Positions 25,466 to 39,113 of a DNA stretch of 64,000 nucleotides are shown here, piece by piece. Numbering within the stretch: position 1 is the first letter of the stretch; every line of letters starts with the position of its first letter. The position numbers and the translations under genes were made by a program. Origin of the DNA: Octopus vulgaris (Eukaryota); the NCBI GenBank assembly GCA_951406725.2, contig OX597825.1, positions 70,618,001 through 70,682,000 of the forward strand, given 5' to 3'. The notes beneath the pieces are model-generated. The model searched no databases and was not told the origin of the DNA. It saw nothing but the letters and a program-made list of their open reading frames with translations.

Positions 25466-27651
25466 GAATCACACATATATATTGAGGAGTGGCTGTGTGG
25501 TAAGAAGCTTGCTTTTCAACCACATGGTTCCAGGTTCAATCTCACGGCATGGTACCTTGAGCAAGTGCCTTCTACTATAGCTTCAGGTCAACCAAAGCCT
25601 TGTGAGTGAATTTGGTAAATAGAAACTGAAAGAAGTCCATCGTATATGTGTGTGTGTGTGTTTGTCCCTTCCCCCCCACACACACATATACGATAGGTTC
25701 TTTCAGTTTCCATCTACCAAATCCATTTACAAGGCTTTGATCAACCCAAGGCTATAGTAGAAGACACTTGCCCAAAGTGCCACACAGTGGGACTGAACCC
25801 GGAACCATGTGGTTAGGAAGCAAGCTTCTCACCACACAACCACATATATATATATTTCCAATATTCCATGGAGAACATGTTTAGTTATGGGGAAAATATC
25901 ACCTTGCTTCGAAATAGATGAAGGTTAGCTACAGGAAAAGCATCTGGTTATAAACAACAACAAAAATCTGCCTCTACAAATTCCATCTGTCCCAGTAAAT
26001 AAAAGTGGAGATGATGATGAGGATGATGAACGCTGCAGAAAGGTGGGAAGTTGGTAGAATCGTTAGCCCGCCGGACAAAATTTTGAATGGCATTTTATCC
26101 ATCATTGCGTTTTGAATTCAAATCCTGCCAAAGTTGACTTTGCCTTTCGTCCTTTTCAGGTCAATGAAATAAGTACCAGTTGAATACTGAGGTTGATGTA
26201 ATCGATGAGCCCCCCCCCCCACCTCCCCTCAAATTTCAGGCCTTGTGCTTACAATAGAAAGCACTAATATTAGTTGTAGTAGTAATCTTGAAAAACTTAA
26301 AAACAAACAAAACAATAGGTCACTACATGCTAAACAAAATGCCTAATGAACCACCAAACAGAGCCTCTATGTGGTCTCTTGACTGGCTAGAAAGAGGCAC
26401 CAACTCTTCAAATCATCTACATGACAGTCTTAGAAAGAAGCAAAGGCACATTATGCAGTATCATCCTAAATACTCCAAAGACATGATGGTCACAATTGGT
26501 ATGCCTTTGATTGTAAGTCTGATGGATAGGCCTGGAGTTACACAACAACGAAATACTTTAAAATATGCAAATATAAAATACTTCCTCGAACAGCTTATTC
26601 TCTTCAGGAATTCCACAGCCATCGTATGACAAGAATCTCAGCCATAATATAAATATATTTCAATTGAAATGGTATGAGCAGCACTGAGATATCTTATCTA
26701 AGACACTTGACAACTATCACAGACAGGCAACTAAGAGCAGGCTGGTTATCTAAAGAATTCATATTACACCCTCTGCGTACATGTGGTGAAAGAACGAAGA
26801 GAGCATTCACATGGTTGCTTGACCTGCTAGAAATAGTAACCAAATCTTCCTCGAGCCACACGTTGTCAGATTACAAAAGGATACAATAGACAATGTGGTT
26901 CTAGATGCATTATGTCAGAATAAACAAAAGACAGAATGGTAATGTCTGCACAGTCAGAGCTGGTTTGGATGCATACAACATATGTACACATGTGCACACT
27001 CACGCACATGCACACACAATGCCTGCTGATACAATTCAAGCGATTTTTTCCAGTCTGAAAGGTGAAGAACGGTCAGCAAGATGTTGATAAGGAATCTCTA
27101 ACACAAACCAGAAGCCGAAAAAAAAAAAAATGTTCTTCTCAAATACATTATGTTAATTTTATGAATTGTCTGAGATTGAGCTTAGCAACTGATAGCAAAG
27201 TTTGCATATTTACAGCAATAGATAAGAAATTTCTAAGTAGTGTTACTATGGTTTTTATATAAACGGAACTATGTATGTACATATGAATGTACATGGAAGA
27301 GTGTACATCTGTAAATGTCTATGCAGTGCACAGTGTATATGTTCGATATAAACAACGGAAGCTTTATGGAAGCAAACTACAAACCAAAAATCTGCATTCA
27401 GATACACCACACAATATATAAACTATGAAAGTAACCAAGAGTTAACTACTAAATAATCTTAAATCTAATGATAATTATTTTATCATCATTCTCATTATCC
27501 TTTACTGCTTACTACAAAACATGATAGCAACATGCCACTATCATCACCTCATTCAGAAGATGAGACCAAGAAAGGCTCGAAACATTAAGAGTTATATAAG
27601 AATGTTATTGTTCCAAAACAGCATAAAGGATTAATCAATAAATATGAAAAA

Positions 27652-28555
27652 TCTATATATATAAAACTGTAGTTGTGTGAGTGTCTGTCCCCTTCGATTT
27701 AGATTCCTAACTACTCCCACATTTTGCAGTGCAGTTTAACCAAATTCGGGTATCTTATAGTCGTGATTCATATTGAGCCCGTCTGGGTATTAGCGCGCGT
27801 CTACGATGAGTCTACGATTTTAAAAATAATTTAACATCATTTTTTATTCCATTTTAATGCATATTTTTTCGTGTGTCAATGGCGGCGGAGTTGGCGTCCA
27901 CGCTCACACCTGCACCTTTGTTGCTTCTCCCCCTTCTTCCCTCCCTCGTGAAGCTGTAGGGAACGGAGTTTAAGGAAATCAACGTCGTAATGTGTTGTCA
28001 AGGAGACCAGCGTTCTTTTAGAACAACGACTTCATGGCTTGAAGTCGCCAAAACAGAAATCGCTAAAAAAGCTGAAACAGATCCACAAAAACGGCAATTA
28101 CCGCCACACAGGGCAGGTTTCCTGTGCAAACAATTTGCACAACCGAATGTTTTAGTTGTTGCACAAATCTTTATTTATAAAAGTGAAGTTGTGTGTCTGT
28201 CTCCTACGATTTAGATTCCTAACTACTCCCACATTTTGCGGTGCAGTGTAACCAAAACCGGGTATCTTATAGTCGTGATTCATATCGAGCCCGTCTGGGT
28301 ATTAGCGCGCGTCTACGATGAGTCTACGATTTAAAAAAAAATTTACCATCATTTTTTATTCCATTTTAATGCATTTTTCGCTATTATATAAGGGAAGTAA
28401 CTCTCTAAAAATGTCTACGATGAGTCAACGATTTTTTAAAAAAATTACCATCATTTTTTATTCCATTTTTAATGCATTTTTTGCTATAACTCACTAAAAA
28501 TGCTTATAAAGTTATTTCCCTTACAAACCCGAGCAACGCCAGGCAATACTGCTAG
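27652..28555 (+). mobile_element. Non-autonomous Helitron-like element with internal duplication
   Basis: A|TC 5' end (TCTATATATATAAAA), 3' GC-rich hairpin remnant (CCCGAGCAACGCCAGG) then CTAG|T. A segment of about 180 bp is repeated (about 27695-27870 and 28205-28380). Confidence 0.75.
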
Positions 28556-29319
28556 TACTTAATAAAAATTATTAAAGTTAGATGTCGTTGTGCTTCCACA
28601 ATAACACATCCAAAAGAGAAACAAAGGTAAAGTTCCAGCAATCAACAAAAAAGTCTACATTGTGTTCTACCTATATTGTAAAATAATTACAATGAGAAAT
28701 TCCTTTATTAAAAAAAAACAAAAAAAAAACCTGTAAAACACTATCTACATACACTTATTGCTTAATGAAAGTTTCTAATTATTTTCGTATAGCAGAAAGT
28801 GACAGCTTTTTGCACTGCACTGATTGAGTCAGCCAAAAAGTGAAACTTCAACTTGAATTTTACAATATATTTGATTCTACTCTCTGTATTGAATCATCCC
28901 CCATCAATATATGGTCTGTTATTATTCTTTAAATAGCTTTAAATTGTTTGTTTGCATGTATGTAGGCATGTGTATGCATATATGTATGCACACACAAATG
29001 CATAAATACACACACACAAATACATACACACATACATATACCACACACGTATATTGGTGTATTAGTATGCAAAATAGAGATATACAAATAAGTGTGTAGG
29101 TGTAATTATGAAAGAGGAACTACCCCACACACACACAAATGTATCTATAAGTTCCAACAGTAATAGTTAATATTTTCTCAGAGTGAATGAAATATTCGCA
29201 ACAATTTTATTATTCTGACATTGTCTTTCAACGATATATATCCAGAATGAAAGAAATTCTGGATGAAATATTCTAAATATTCTATAGATTCACAAGTAAA
29301 AATACATACAAAGTAATGG

Positions 29320-29650
29320 GTAAAGATCACCTTTGGTCATGAATGACCGTGGGATTGCACCTAGAAAGTTATCCTCTGAGGCACAAGTCCGGGCAATATT
29401 GTTTATGGAAGGCTAGGAGTTGCCCATGCATACCAGCCTCCCTGCTCTATACCACTGATGTTATCCAAGGGAGAGGCAAAGGCCAATACAGCTTGGCACC
29501 AGTGATGTAGAAACTCATTTCTACAGCTGAGTGAACTGGAGCAACGTGAAATAAAGTGTCTTGCTCAGTAACACAACACACAGTCTGGTCTGGGAATCGA
29601 ACTCACTACTTCATGATTGTGAGCCTGACACTCTAACCACTGAGTCATAA
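29320..29650 (-). mobile_element. tRNA-derived SINE (AGTGGTTAG..GAGTTCGATTCCC..TTGAGCAAGACACTT family)
   Basis: A/B-box-like head; relatives at about 3305-3560 and 45668-45826. Confidence 0.65.
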
Positions 29651-30686
29651 CTATCTCTCCTTATCCGTTTTACTTCAACTTAACCCTGTCAAATGTAATG
29701 CTTATATATTCACATTTGTTTTGAATTAATCAGGCATTGTTTCATAGCATCGGGATTCCAGTGATGTGGTTGCTTGTTCTGAGGGTAAAGATGTAGGGTA
29801 GGTGTGAGAGGCTGCATCTGTCTGGTATGAACATAAAACAGCAAAGAATATCTGGGCCACATATGGCCAGTTTAAACCCTAAAGGGTTCATCGATATATA
29901 CTTATGGTCATGAATCTTGGGTAATGATTGAAAGAGTATAATCATGAATACAAGGGACCAAAATGGGGTTCCTCAGAAAGATTTCTAGAGCAACATTACT
30001 CAGCAGGGTGTGCAACTCCGAGATTGAGAAATCTCCTCTGGTTGAGCTATTTCTCAGCATTGAGAGTCACAGCTCTGGTACTATGGACATGTGATTAGAA
30101 TGTCTCAGGTAAGAATTGGAAAAGGGATTCATTAAACGAAGACAACCAGCAGGGAGCTAAGGTAGACCAAGAACAAGGTGGTTCAATAATATCCATAGTA
30201 TTGTTTGGTGATGATTAGGAATCCAGAAGAAAAGTCTTATAACAATTGCCTCCAGTAGGACCCTATGGAGAAAGTGCCACATTGCATATATAAGGTGTAG
30301 GCATGGTTGTGTGATTAAGGAGCTTACTGCCTAACCATGTGGTCTTGGGTTCAATCCAGCTCTATGGCACCTTTGGCTAGTATCTTCTTCTATAACTCCA
30401 GGTTTACCAAAGAACCTTATGTGTAGATTTGCTAGACAGAAACTGAAAGAAGTCCACAATCTGCCACAATCTTCCCAGGAATAGTAAGGTGGAAAAAATG
30501 GATAGATGTACAACACCTGACCACAATAATTACTGTCTATTAACAAAAGCCACTAATGACTTACAAAGAACTTGTCAGAACAATAGATAACTTTAGCTAC
30601 AAGCTGGTAACATCGAGTAGATGGAAGGGATGAAACTGAGTCTGAGGAAAATAGTGAGGAAACTGTCAGCATTACTTAATCTTTTG

Positions 30687-30718
<32 letters not shown>

Positions 30719-31276
30719 AGTTTAACGTCTGCTTTCCATGCTGGCATGGGTTGGACGGTTTGAGTGAGGGCTGGTGAACCACGTGGCTGCACCAGTCTCC
30801 AATCTGATGAGTGTCAAAAATTTACATAAGTTTATATGGCAGGCCTGAATACTAGCAGCTTTCACCGGGAAGTAGAAATTTAAATTTCTAGGATGTTTGT
30901 GCAGTGCTATCCTAAACATATACTGACATGTGCTGTTGGTGATACTTTTCTTCCTCTGGACTTTTCAGTTTTCCTTTCTGTTGAAGAGCTATGCTCGAAA
31001 TATCAAAAGCTCTCTCTTTTTCGTGAGCATCAAACTCATACACTCCATTTGCACATCCCCTTGTTGTTTTGGTATTCGATTATTCAATTTGACTATATAT
31101 AGATATACCAAGTAAGTTAGGGGTTTTGGATCCAACCCACTAAGGGATAATACTTATCCAATATACTGTTGATATAATACCCAAATTATTAATACACAAG
31201 TGTTTTTAATTGCAATGCAATTAACTTACTTATTGTATTAAATGGGTGAAGGTAAAGAAATATTTTACCATTAAAT

Positions 31277-31651
31277 TATATTACAAATAAGAAAATGGAG
31301 AAACACATTAGTTGGTTTATCAGCTTTAGGATATTAGAATGTTGACTTTTTATTTAACAAAATCGAGAACCATAGTAACATACATATATACATTACTCAA
31401 TAAATTGACTTGTATGAGCATAACAAATTACTTTTTCCAAAGGCTGAAACAGCTGTAAGTGATTTTAATGATTTCAATAATTTATATTAAGATTTTTTTT
31501 AATTGCATTCTTATTTTATATGTATTGAATTTTAATGCATATATGTATGTTATTATGGTTCTCGTTTTGTTAAATAAATAAGTCAACATTCTAATATCCT
31601 AAAGCTGATAAACCAACTAATGTGTTTCTCCATTTTCTTATTTGTAATATA
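31277..31651. repeat. Inverted repeat, about 118-bp arms, about 137-bp spacer
   Basis: Arms at about 31277-31395 and 31533-31651 are near-identical reverse complements. Confidence 0.92.
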
Positions 31652-32183
31652 TATATATATACACACATATATGTATGTGCATATTACAGTTTGTGCTGAA
31701 ATTCAGAAACATATGCTGTGCTGGATAATAATATATGACACAGGGAGACACCTTGATACATTTAGACATTGAAATGGTAAAAACTGTATAATGGCAATTG
31801 ATAGAAAAGATTTTCAACATTCTTTATGGATTAGTTCAGTAGCCTTAAGGTTTAATAAACTATATTTAGCAATCTAAGGTTTAGCAAATTACAGATTAGC
31901 ATCTAAGGCTTGATAAACTAAGGCTTAGCAGACTAAAGAGTTTGCAGACTACAATTAGTAAACTAAGATTTACTAAGCCAAGGAATCTCATATAACCAGA
32001 TTTCAAATGAAGAGAAAAATGTGCAAAGCAAAAACATATATAAACTAAATAAGAAAAGTTTGTGTAGAAGTTATTAATGGTAATAAATATGTGCTTGGTT
32101 TTCTGTAATATTCATTATTGATTGGAAACAGGATTAGGAATATTGGTTATTGATTGGAAACAGGATTAGGAACACTGACTTAC

Positions 32184-32246
32184 CTCTCTAAACTGTTGAA
32201 TAATTTATTACCCAAATTACTACAGCATGTCCTTTGTAAATCTGAC
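32184..32246 (-). CDS. MYO9: Probable cassette exon in loop-2 insert (RSDLQRTCCSNLGNKLFNSLE)
   Basis: 63 nt, ACTTTCAG acceptor, consensus AG|GTAAGT donor, symmetric phase 2/2, open in the required frame; no homology support. Confidence 0.62.
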
Positions 32247-32371
32247 CTGAAAGTATTGAAATTATTCCTTGGTATAACAGAGAACAAATTATCGGTAAAT
32301 CGGTCAAGCAGCGACAACAGTGTTTCAGACTTGAATTATTAGCTGTCTCTGTGTAGATATATAATAAGAAG

Positions 32372-32402
<31 letters not shown>

Positions 32403-32944
32403 GTCGTCATCATCATCATCATCGTCATCATCATCATTTAGCATCCGTATTCTGGACAATTTGAGAGGATCCGACAGGTCAGAGGACTGTATCAAACACC
32501 ATGGTCTGTTTTAGCATAGTTTCTATAGCTGGATGCCCATCCTTAATGCCAACCATTTCACAGAGTGCACTGGGTGCTTTTTTACAGATGGCACTAGCAC
32601 TGGTGAAGTCATCGAGAAGCTTGCCAGACAAGATCCCTCCATTTATTGGAATATGGTTCTGATGGGAGGATGGGGTGAGGGGATGGGGGTTTATGCCAGA
32701 CATTGAGAAGCAAGAGTATGATAGAGGAATAGAAACAGTTGTCTTGCTGAAGAGGAGATATATGGCTACCTCCAGTTGAAAAAGATGAGAAGATTGTGGT
32801 GATGAGGGTGAATGCGAGGCAGATGAGTCAGACGAGGAGGAAAAAGATCATGTATGTGTATGTATGTATATATATATATACATTCTTATACAACATTCTA
32901 GTATAAGAATAATAAATATATGTATGTATGTATGTATGTAGGCG

Positions 32945-32976
<32 letters not shown>

Positions 32977-33619
32977 TGTATGTATGTATGTATGTATGTA
33001 TGTATGTATGTATGTATGGATGGATGGATGTTTGCATGCATGTACACTTAAAATACTCAATTTACTATTTAGCTGGTGTGGACATCAAAGAATCTTATAT
33101 GGAGTCACATGGACCCTGGTTGAGAAGCACTGATTTAGCTGAACAAATGAAACCCAGTACATTTCTTTTTTATTCTACTAGTCTCTTTTACTGGACTACT
33201 AAGCTACATGGATGTAAACAAACTAACACCGGATGTCAAGCAGTAGTAGAGGAACAAAATCAAACACATATACACACATAAATATGACATCATCATCATC
33301 ATCATCATCATTTTAACATCCACTTTTCCATACTTGCAAGGATCAAATATGATTTGTTGAGGAGGCAGATTTTTTTATGGCTGGATGCCCTACCTGTTGC
33401 CAACCCTGACCTGTTTCCAGGTAAGGCAATATTCCTCCATAGGGAAGACGTTTCTCATGGAGGACTGAACACAAATAACATAGTTTATATGATAATGATG
33501 ATGATGATGATGGTGATGATGATGCTCATTTAAAACTATCACATGATCATGAATTTCGACAAGGGTATACACAAACACTCACACATGTGCACACACAAAC
33601 ACACACACAAACACACACA

Positions 33620-33655
<36 letters not shown>

Positions 33656-35681
33656 TGATGGACTTCTTTCAGTTTCTGTCTAGCAAATCTACACATAAGG
33701 TTCTTTGGTAAACCTGGAGTTATAGAAGAAGATACTAGCCAAAGGTGCCATAGAGTTGGATTGAACCCAAGACCACATGGTTAGGCAGTATGCTCCTTAA
33801 CCACACAACCATGCTTACACCTTATATATGCAATGTTTTAAGATTTCATTGATACTGGAATAGTTTTAATACATTGAAAGATTGTCCTTGATACAAAATC
33901 ATTTCAAAATTATTTCAGAATTTTACTTATAATCAATAAAAAAAATCTCACTTTTCTTGCTCCCATTCTCTCCTCTGAACAAACACAAACACACACACAC
34001 ACACACACACAGAGGTTAATTCACTTCCTAGAGAAGGCAATGGGGCAAGAGGTGATATTTTGATCAATAGATGTGATACATGTGTGTTAAGCAACTTTGA
34101 GAAGACCAGAGCAACTGTGATGGATAAGAAAGGCAGCGAGCTGGCAGAAACATTAGCACGCCATGTGAAATGCTTAGCGGTATTTCGTCTGCCGCTACGT
34201 TCTGAGTTCAAATTCCACTGAGGTCGACTTTGCCTTTCGTCCTTTTGGGGTCAATTAAATAAGTACCACTTATGCACTGGGGTCGATATAATCGACTTAA
34301 TCCGTTTGTCTGTCCTTGTTTGTCCCATCTGTGTGTAGCCCCTTGTGGGCAGTAAACAAATAGGAAACACTAAAAAAGGCAACAGTCATTGTTGGAATCC
34401 CTGTCTGACTAAACCCTACACAGTTGTCCTGAGTTAGTCAGAACCTGACATTTAAGGATACATCCACATTGCAACTTATGGGCTTGCCACCTTTGCTCAT
34501 GATCACAGCATACAAAGACCTACCATTATCACCATTCATCAATGTGAGGTTAAGAGTATTATCACAGTGTGTATTTTGTTATTGGCCATCTAAAACAAGA
34601 ATCTTCCTGTAGACATTTCACTATCCCTATCACAATAAATTCCAACATGTACAATTTGCAAAAAAACAGAATACTGGGGAAACAACGCTGTTGATAATCT
34701 GCAATAACAAGATGGTGTTTTGGTTCATTTTAGCTTCTGTTTGATATAAAAGTTGACAATCCCAAGCAAGTTTTGTAGGATTAAAAATAAATGCTCAAAC
34801 TAGAAAAACTTATACCTGTTTATACCTTTAACTGATAATGCTACCTCCCACTGTGATATTTAATAGGGTGGGAAGAAAGTTAACATTTACTTATCTAGCT
34901 AATACAGGTGTTGAAACCATTACTCACACACACACACACACACGCATGCACATGTAAACACACAAATCTTACATACATAAAGATTTTAATAGCTGATTGG
35001 CCAAAGTAACGAAATATGGGGTACAGTGTGTTAGTTAAATGAAAAATATTTAAATACCACTTCGAAATTTAGAGTTCTGCAGTCATAGTGTGATCTGAAG
35101 ATAGATGACTCATTATTTCTAGCAGGTCAAGTAACAAAGTAGAGGGATTCTTAGTTCATTATTCAATTATTTATAGAGATTGAGAAAGTTAAAAGTGTCA
35201 CAAATATGTTCCCTCCGTACATATATATATATATGTGGTACCAGTGCCGGTGGCACACAAGAAAATCATCCGAACGTGGCCGTAGCCAGTACCGCATAGA
35301 CTGGCCTCCATGCTTTGGGGACGTAACAAACACCATCCGATCGTGGCCGTCCGCCAGCCTCATCTGGCACCTGTGTCGGTGGCACATAAAAATACCATCC
35401 GAGCGTGGCCGTCTGCCAGCCTCGTCTGGCACCTGTGTCGGTGGCACATAAAAACACCATCCGAGCGTGGCCGTTCGCCAGCCTCGTCTGGCACCTGTGT
35501 CGGTGGCACATAAAATCACCCACTACACTCTCGGAGTGGTTGGCGTTAGGAAGGGCATCCAGCTGTAGAAACACTGCCAGATCTGACTGGCCTGGTGCAG
35601 CCTTCGGGCTCCCCAGACCCCAGTTGAACCGTCCAACCCATGCTAGCATGGAAAACGGACGCTAAATGATGATGATGATGA

Positions 35682-35725
<44 letters not shown>

Positions 35726-35986
35726 TTTAGATCATCTAACCACATACAGTATGTGGTTAGACGATCTAAAGTCTATTTTTCAGCATATTGGCATAGAAAA
35801 CTTTTGTTTGTCCTTATTTATAATTCTCATTTTAAAAGGCATTTTAATATGCGGATCACTGATAATTTTATTTTAAAATTTTATCCTTAGATTAGAAGTG
35901 TATATATATATATATATTGGCAAAAACGGTAAGATAACAAAAGAAAGAAAGAGACCTCAATATTATGTAAATAGAGGAAATTTATC

Positions 35987-36018
<32 letters not shown>

Positions 36019-37159
36019 AGAGTAACCATGTATCTCCCCTTGAACAAAAAAACTTGTCTCTGTCCTTCTATCATACTACAGGCAACCTCTCATCACTTGG
36101 AATAAAACCACCGCCCTCAATACTACTACCCCACCATCACACCCCAGTTTTGTGGTCTTGACTTGAGAGTTACAGAGTCAGTTCCCTAATGCCGGTGCCA
36201 TGCAAAGAGCACCCAGTACACCCTACAAAGTGGTTGGCATTACAAAGGCCATCCAGCCATAGAAACCATACCAAAGCAGAGACTGAAGCTTGATGCAGTC
36301 CTTAGGCTCACTGGCTCCTGTCAAACCATCCAACCCAAGCAAGCATGGAATACAGAAATGATGATGATGATGATATTTATATATATATATCATCATCAGC
36401 AATGTAATGTCCACTTTTCCATACTTACACAGGTCAGACAGAATTAGCCGAGGCTAAATTTTCTACAATCAGATCTTCTACCTGTCAGCAACCCTCACCT
36501 GTTTCCAAGTAAGAAAATATTTCCCCAAGGCTAGACAGGTTTCCATGGAAAACTGGAAATAAGGGGCACCCTTTGCATGGCAGTGACACCTCTTTAGAGC
36601 AATCGCGTGAAGTCAAGGCAAGGAAACAGGAACACACACACCATGTAGTCCTTTTGGTTTCTGTCTACCAAATCCACTCACAAGGCTTTGGTCAGCCCAG
36701 CGCAGTTGAGGAAGATATTTGCCCAAAGTGATACACAGTGGGACTGAACCCAGAACGATGTGGCTGGGAAGTAAACCTATAATCACACAGCCACGCCTGG
36801 ATATATAAATATACACAACTACACACACACCCTGTCTGTTTACATGACTGCAAAAAGTGGGTGAGTAGCAGGAAAGAAAGCCAAAGATGAATTCAAAATA
36901 CAGAGAATGAAAGAAAACAGCTGAACGACCGAAATAAATGTCTACAGAGAAGAAATTCTTCCACTGACTTCCTCAGAACAAATACCACCGATATTCATCA
37001 CTGGTTTGTTTCATGCGTCTGAAATTACAGCAGCTAATTAAACAAATCTTTAAATACCTAATTCAGTATATCAAGAGATGATTGTGAGGTAATTACAGCC
37101 AAACAGATAACATATTACAGTGGAACCGCACACCAGACAAAATGCTTAGCAGCGTTTTC

Positions 37160-37510
37160 AAACTCCACCTGTCTAACACCTGTGGACATGTTTACAAAGT
37201 CAGAAAATAGCACAGCTCCCATGACTTTAGGAAACATTTTTCCACGCTAAGAGTTGCTGAAGCATGGAACAAACTGCCGGCATCAGTTGTTAATTGTCGG
37301 AGCACTACATCCTTCAAAACTTCCATGCTTCCTGAGATTCGTCAACACTATACCCGAGTTTTTCCCCTCCATACACATGCAAGCATGTATCTGACTCATA
37401 CACTGTTCACTTCCCAGACATTTGTACATTACTGCATATGCTTTATACGCACTTTTGATAAGTTGTGGTGCATCTGAGCACTGTATACAATACTTTCATT
37501 ATTATTATTT
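37160..37510 (+). mobile_element. CR1/L2-type LINE 3' fragment inserted into a SINE
   Basis: Translates to decayed GH.YKVRK.HSSHDFRKHF.TLRVAEAWNKLPASVV..FK, typical of the ORF2 C-terminus; followed by a UTR and (ATT)n tail. Confidence 0.75.
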
Positions 37511-37683
37511 CTGCCAGCTTTACATTCTGAGTTCAAATTCTGCAGAAGTCAACTCGACCTTTCACCGTTTCGGGGTTGATGAAATAAGTACCAGTTGAGC
37601 AATGGGGTTGATTTAATCGACTACCCCACCCCAACTGCAGGCCTTGTGCCTTTAGTAGAAAGGATTATTACCCTGGAACCTAC

Positions 37684-37762
37684 CTTAATAAATTATCACT
37701 AGATAATTTGCAACTTTCTCGGTGAGATGTTTCATTCGTCTTCTTTGGAGGTTTCCTGGATT
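37684..37762 (-). CDS. MYO9: Myosin IX loop-2 insert exon (KSRKPPKKTNETSHRESCKLSSDNLL)
   Basis: 79 nt, long polypyrimidine tract + CAG, AG|GTAGGT donor; phase 1/2 exactly bridges the neighbouring exons. Confidence 0.85.
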
Positions 37763-38697
37763 CTGAGTGATTAAAAAAAAAAGAAAGAAAAGAATAATTA
37801 CAACTGACTAATGATTATTAATAATCTTAATTAACAAATTTTCCTAATGCATGGAAAAAATTATACCGTAATAATCATTGTCATCATTTAACATTTGCTT
37901 TGCGAGGCTTGCAATCCCAGTCTGACTAAACCCTATACAGTTATCCTGAGTTAGTCAGAGCCTGACATTTAAGGAATTCCAGGGATTCCAACAGTCAGAT
38001 GTCCTTCCTGTTGTCAAACTTCACCTGTTTCTAAGCAAGTAAATATTTTCCCATAGCTAGCCATGAAAGACAGGAAACAACCTCACTTGTATGATGATGA
38101 AGCTCATTTACAACCATCATATATCTAGACAAGGGTACACACAAACACACACATATATATACATGTATGCAGCACACACATATTATAAATGTGTGTGTGT
38201 GTGTGTGTACACAGGACAGCTGTGTAAAGAAGTGCCGATCTCTAACAGTAGAGGGAAGCTGTAGAAGTGGTAGACCCAGGAAGACATGGGACAAACGTTG
38301 GGTCTCACAGAGGCAATGATAAATGACCAGGACCTTTAACAAAATGCTGTATTTGAGAAGACTCAAGCCAAGTGAGATCATAGTCATAGCCAATACCAGA
38401 GTCATGTAACTGGCACCTGTGCCAGTGATGTATATAAAAAGCACTCATTACACACTTGGAGTAGTTGGTGTTAGGAAGGGCATCAAGTTGTAGAACCATG
38501 CCAAATCAGACTGGAACCTGGTGCAGCTCTCCAGCGTACAAGTTCCAGCGAAACCATCTAACCCATGCCAGCATGTAAAGCAGACACTGAATGATGATGG
38601 TGATAAATATATAATAAAACAGATTCTTTCAGTTGTCTCCTACCAAATCCACTCTCAAGGCTTTGGTTGGTCCGAGGTTTAGAGTAGAAGATATTTG

Positions 38698-38873
38698 GGA
38701 TCTTTACCTTTTGACCGGCAGAACACGAAATAACTTCGTAAATATAAGGTTTTCTCAAAAACGCTAAGAGTAAAAGATGTTTTATATGACACATTCTACC
38801 AGTATACGAGGTTTGAAATTGTTTAGTTACAAAAAATTATTTTCTAAATCTGCTGGTCAAAAGGTAAAGATCG
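38698..38873. mobile_element. MITE with GGATCTTT termini and 8-bp TSD, inserted in a SINE
   Basis: About 24-bp TIR GATCTTTACCTTTTGACCGGCAGA; perfect TSD GATATTTG at 38690-97 and 38874-81. Confidence 0.85.
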
Positions 38874-39113
38874 GATATTTGTCCAAGACGCTGCAAAGTA
38901 GAACTGAACCTAAGACCAGCTGTTTGGGAATCAAGCTTCTTAATCACACATCTATACCGCTTGAAAATATATTTTTTTATTTCATTTTATTTATTATTTT
39001 TTTGTTGTTGTTGTTGCAGTGAAAATAAAATATGAAAACATGAAGCGATATTCTTAGAAGGAACAGGAGTAAGTAGGAAGGTTGAATAAGAGAAACAGCA
39101 TAAGATAACTTAC

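Noticed and set aside
30975-31010. Minimal hammerhead-like TTGAAGAGCTATGCTCGAAATATC (similar remnant near 27555-27590)
   Set aside because: Core C is missing and stems I and III are poor; probably a decayed retroelement remnant, not supportable as functional
33952-33974. 23-nt AG/GT-bounded segment in the loop-2 intron
   Set aside because: It would shift the frame between phase-2 neighbours and no compensating exon was found
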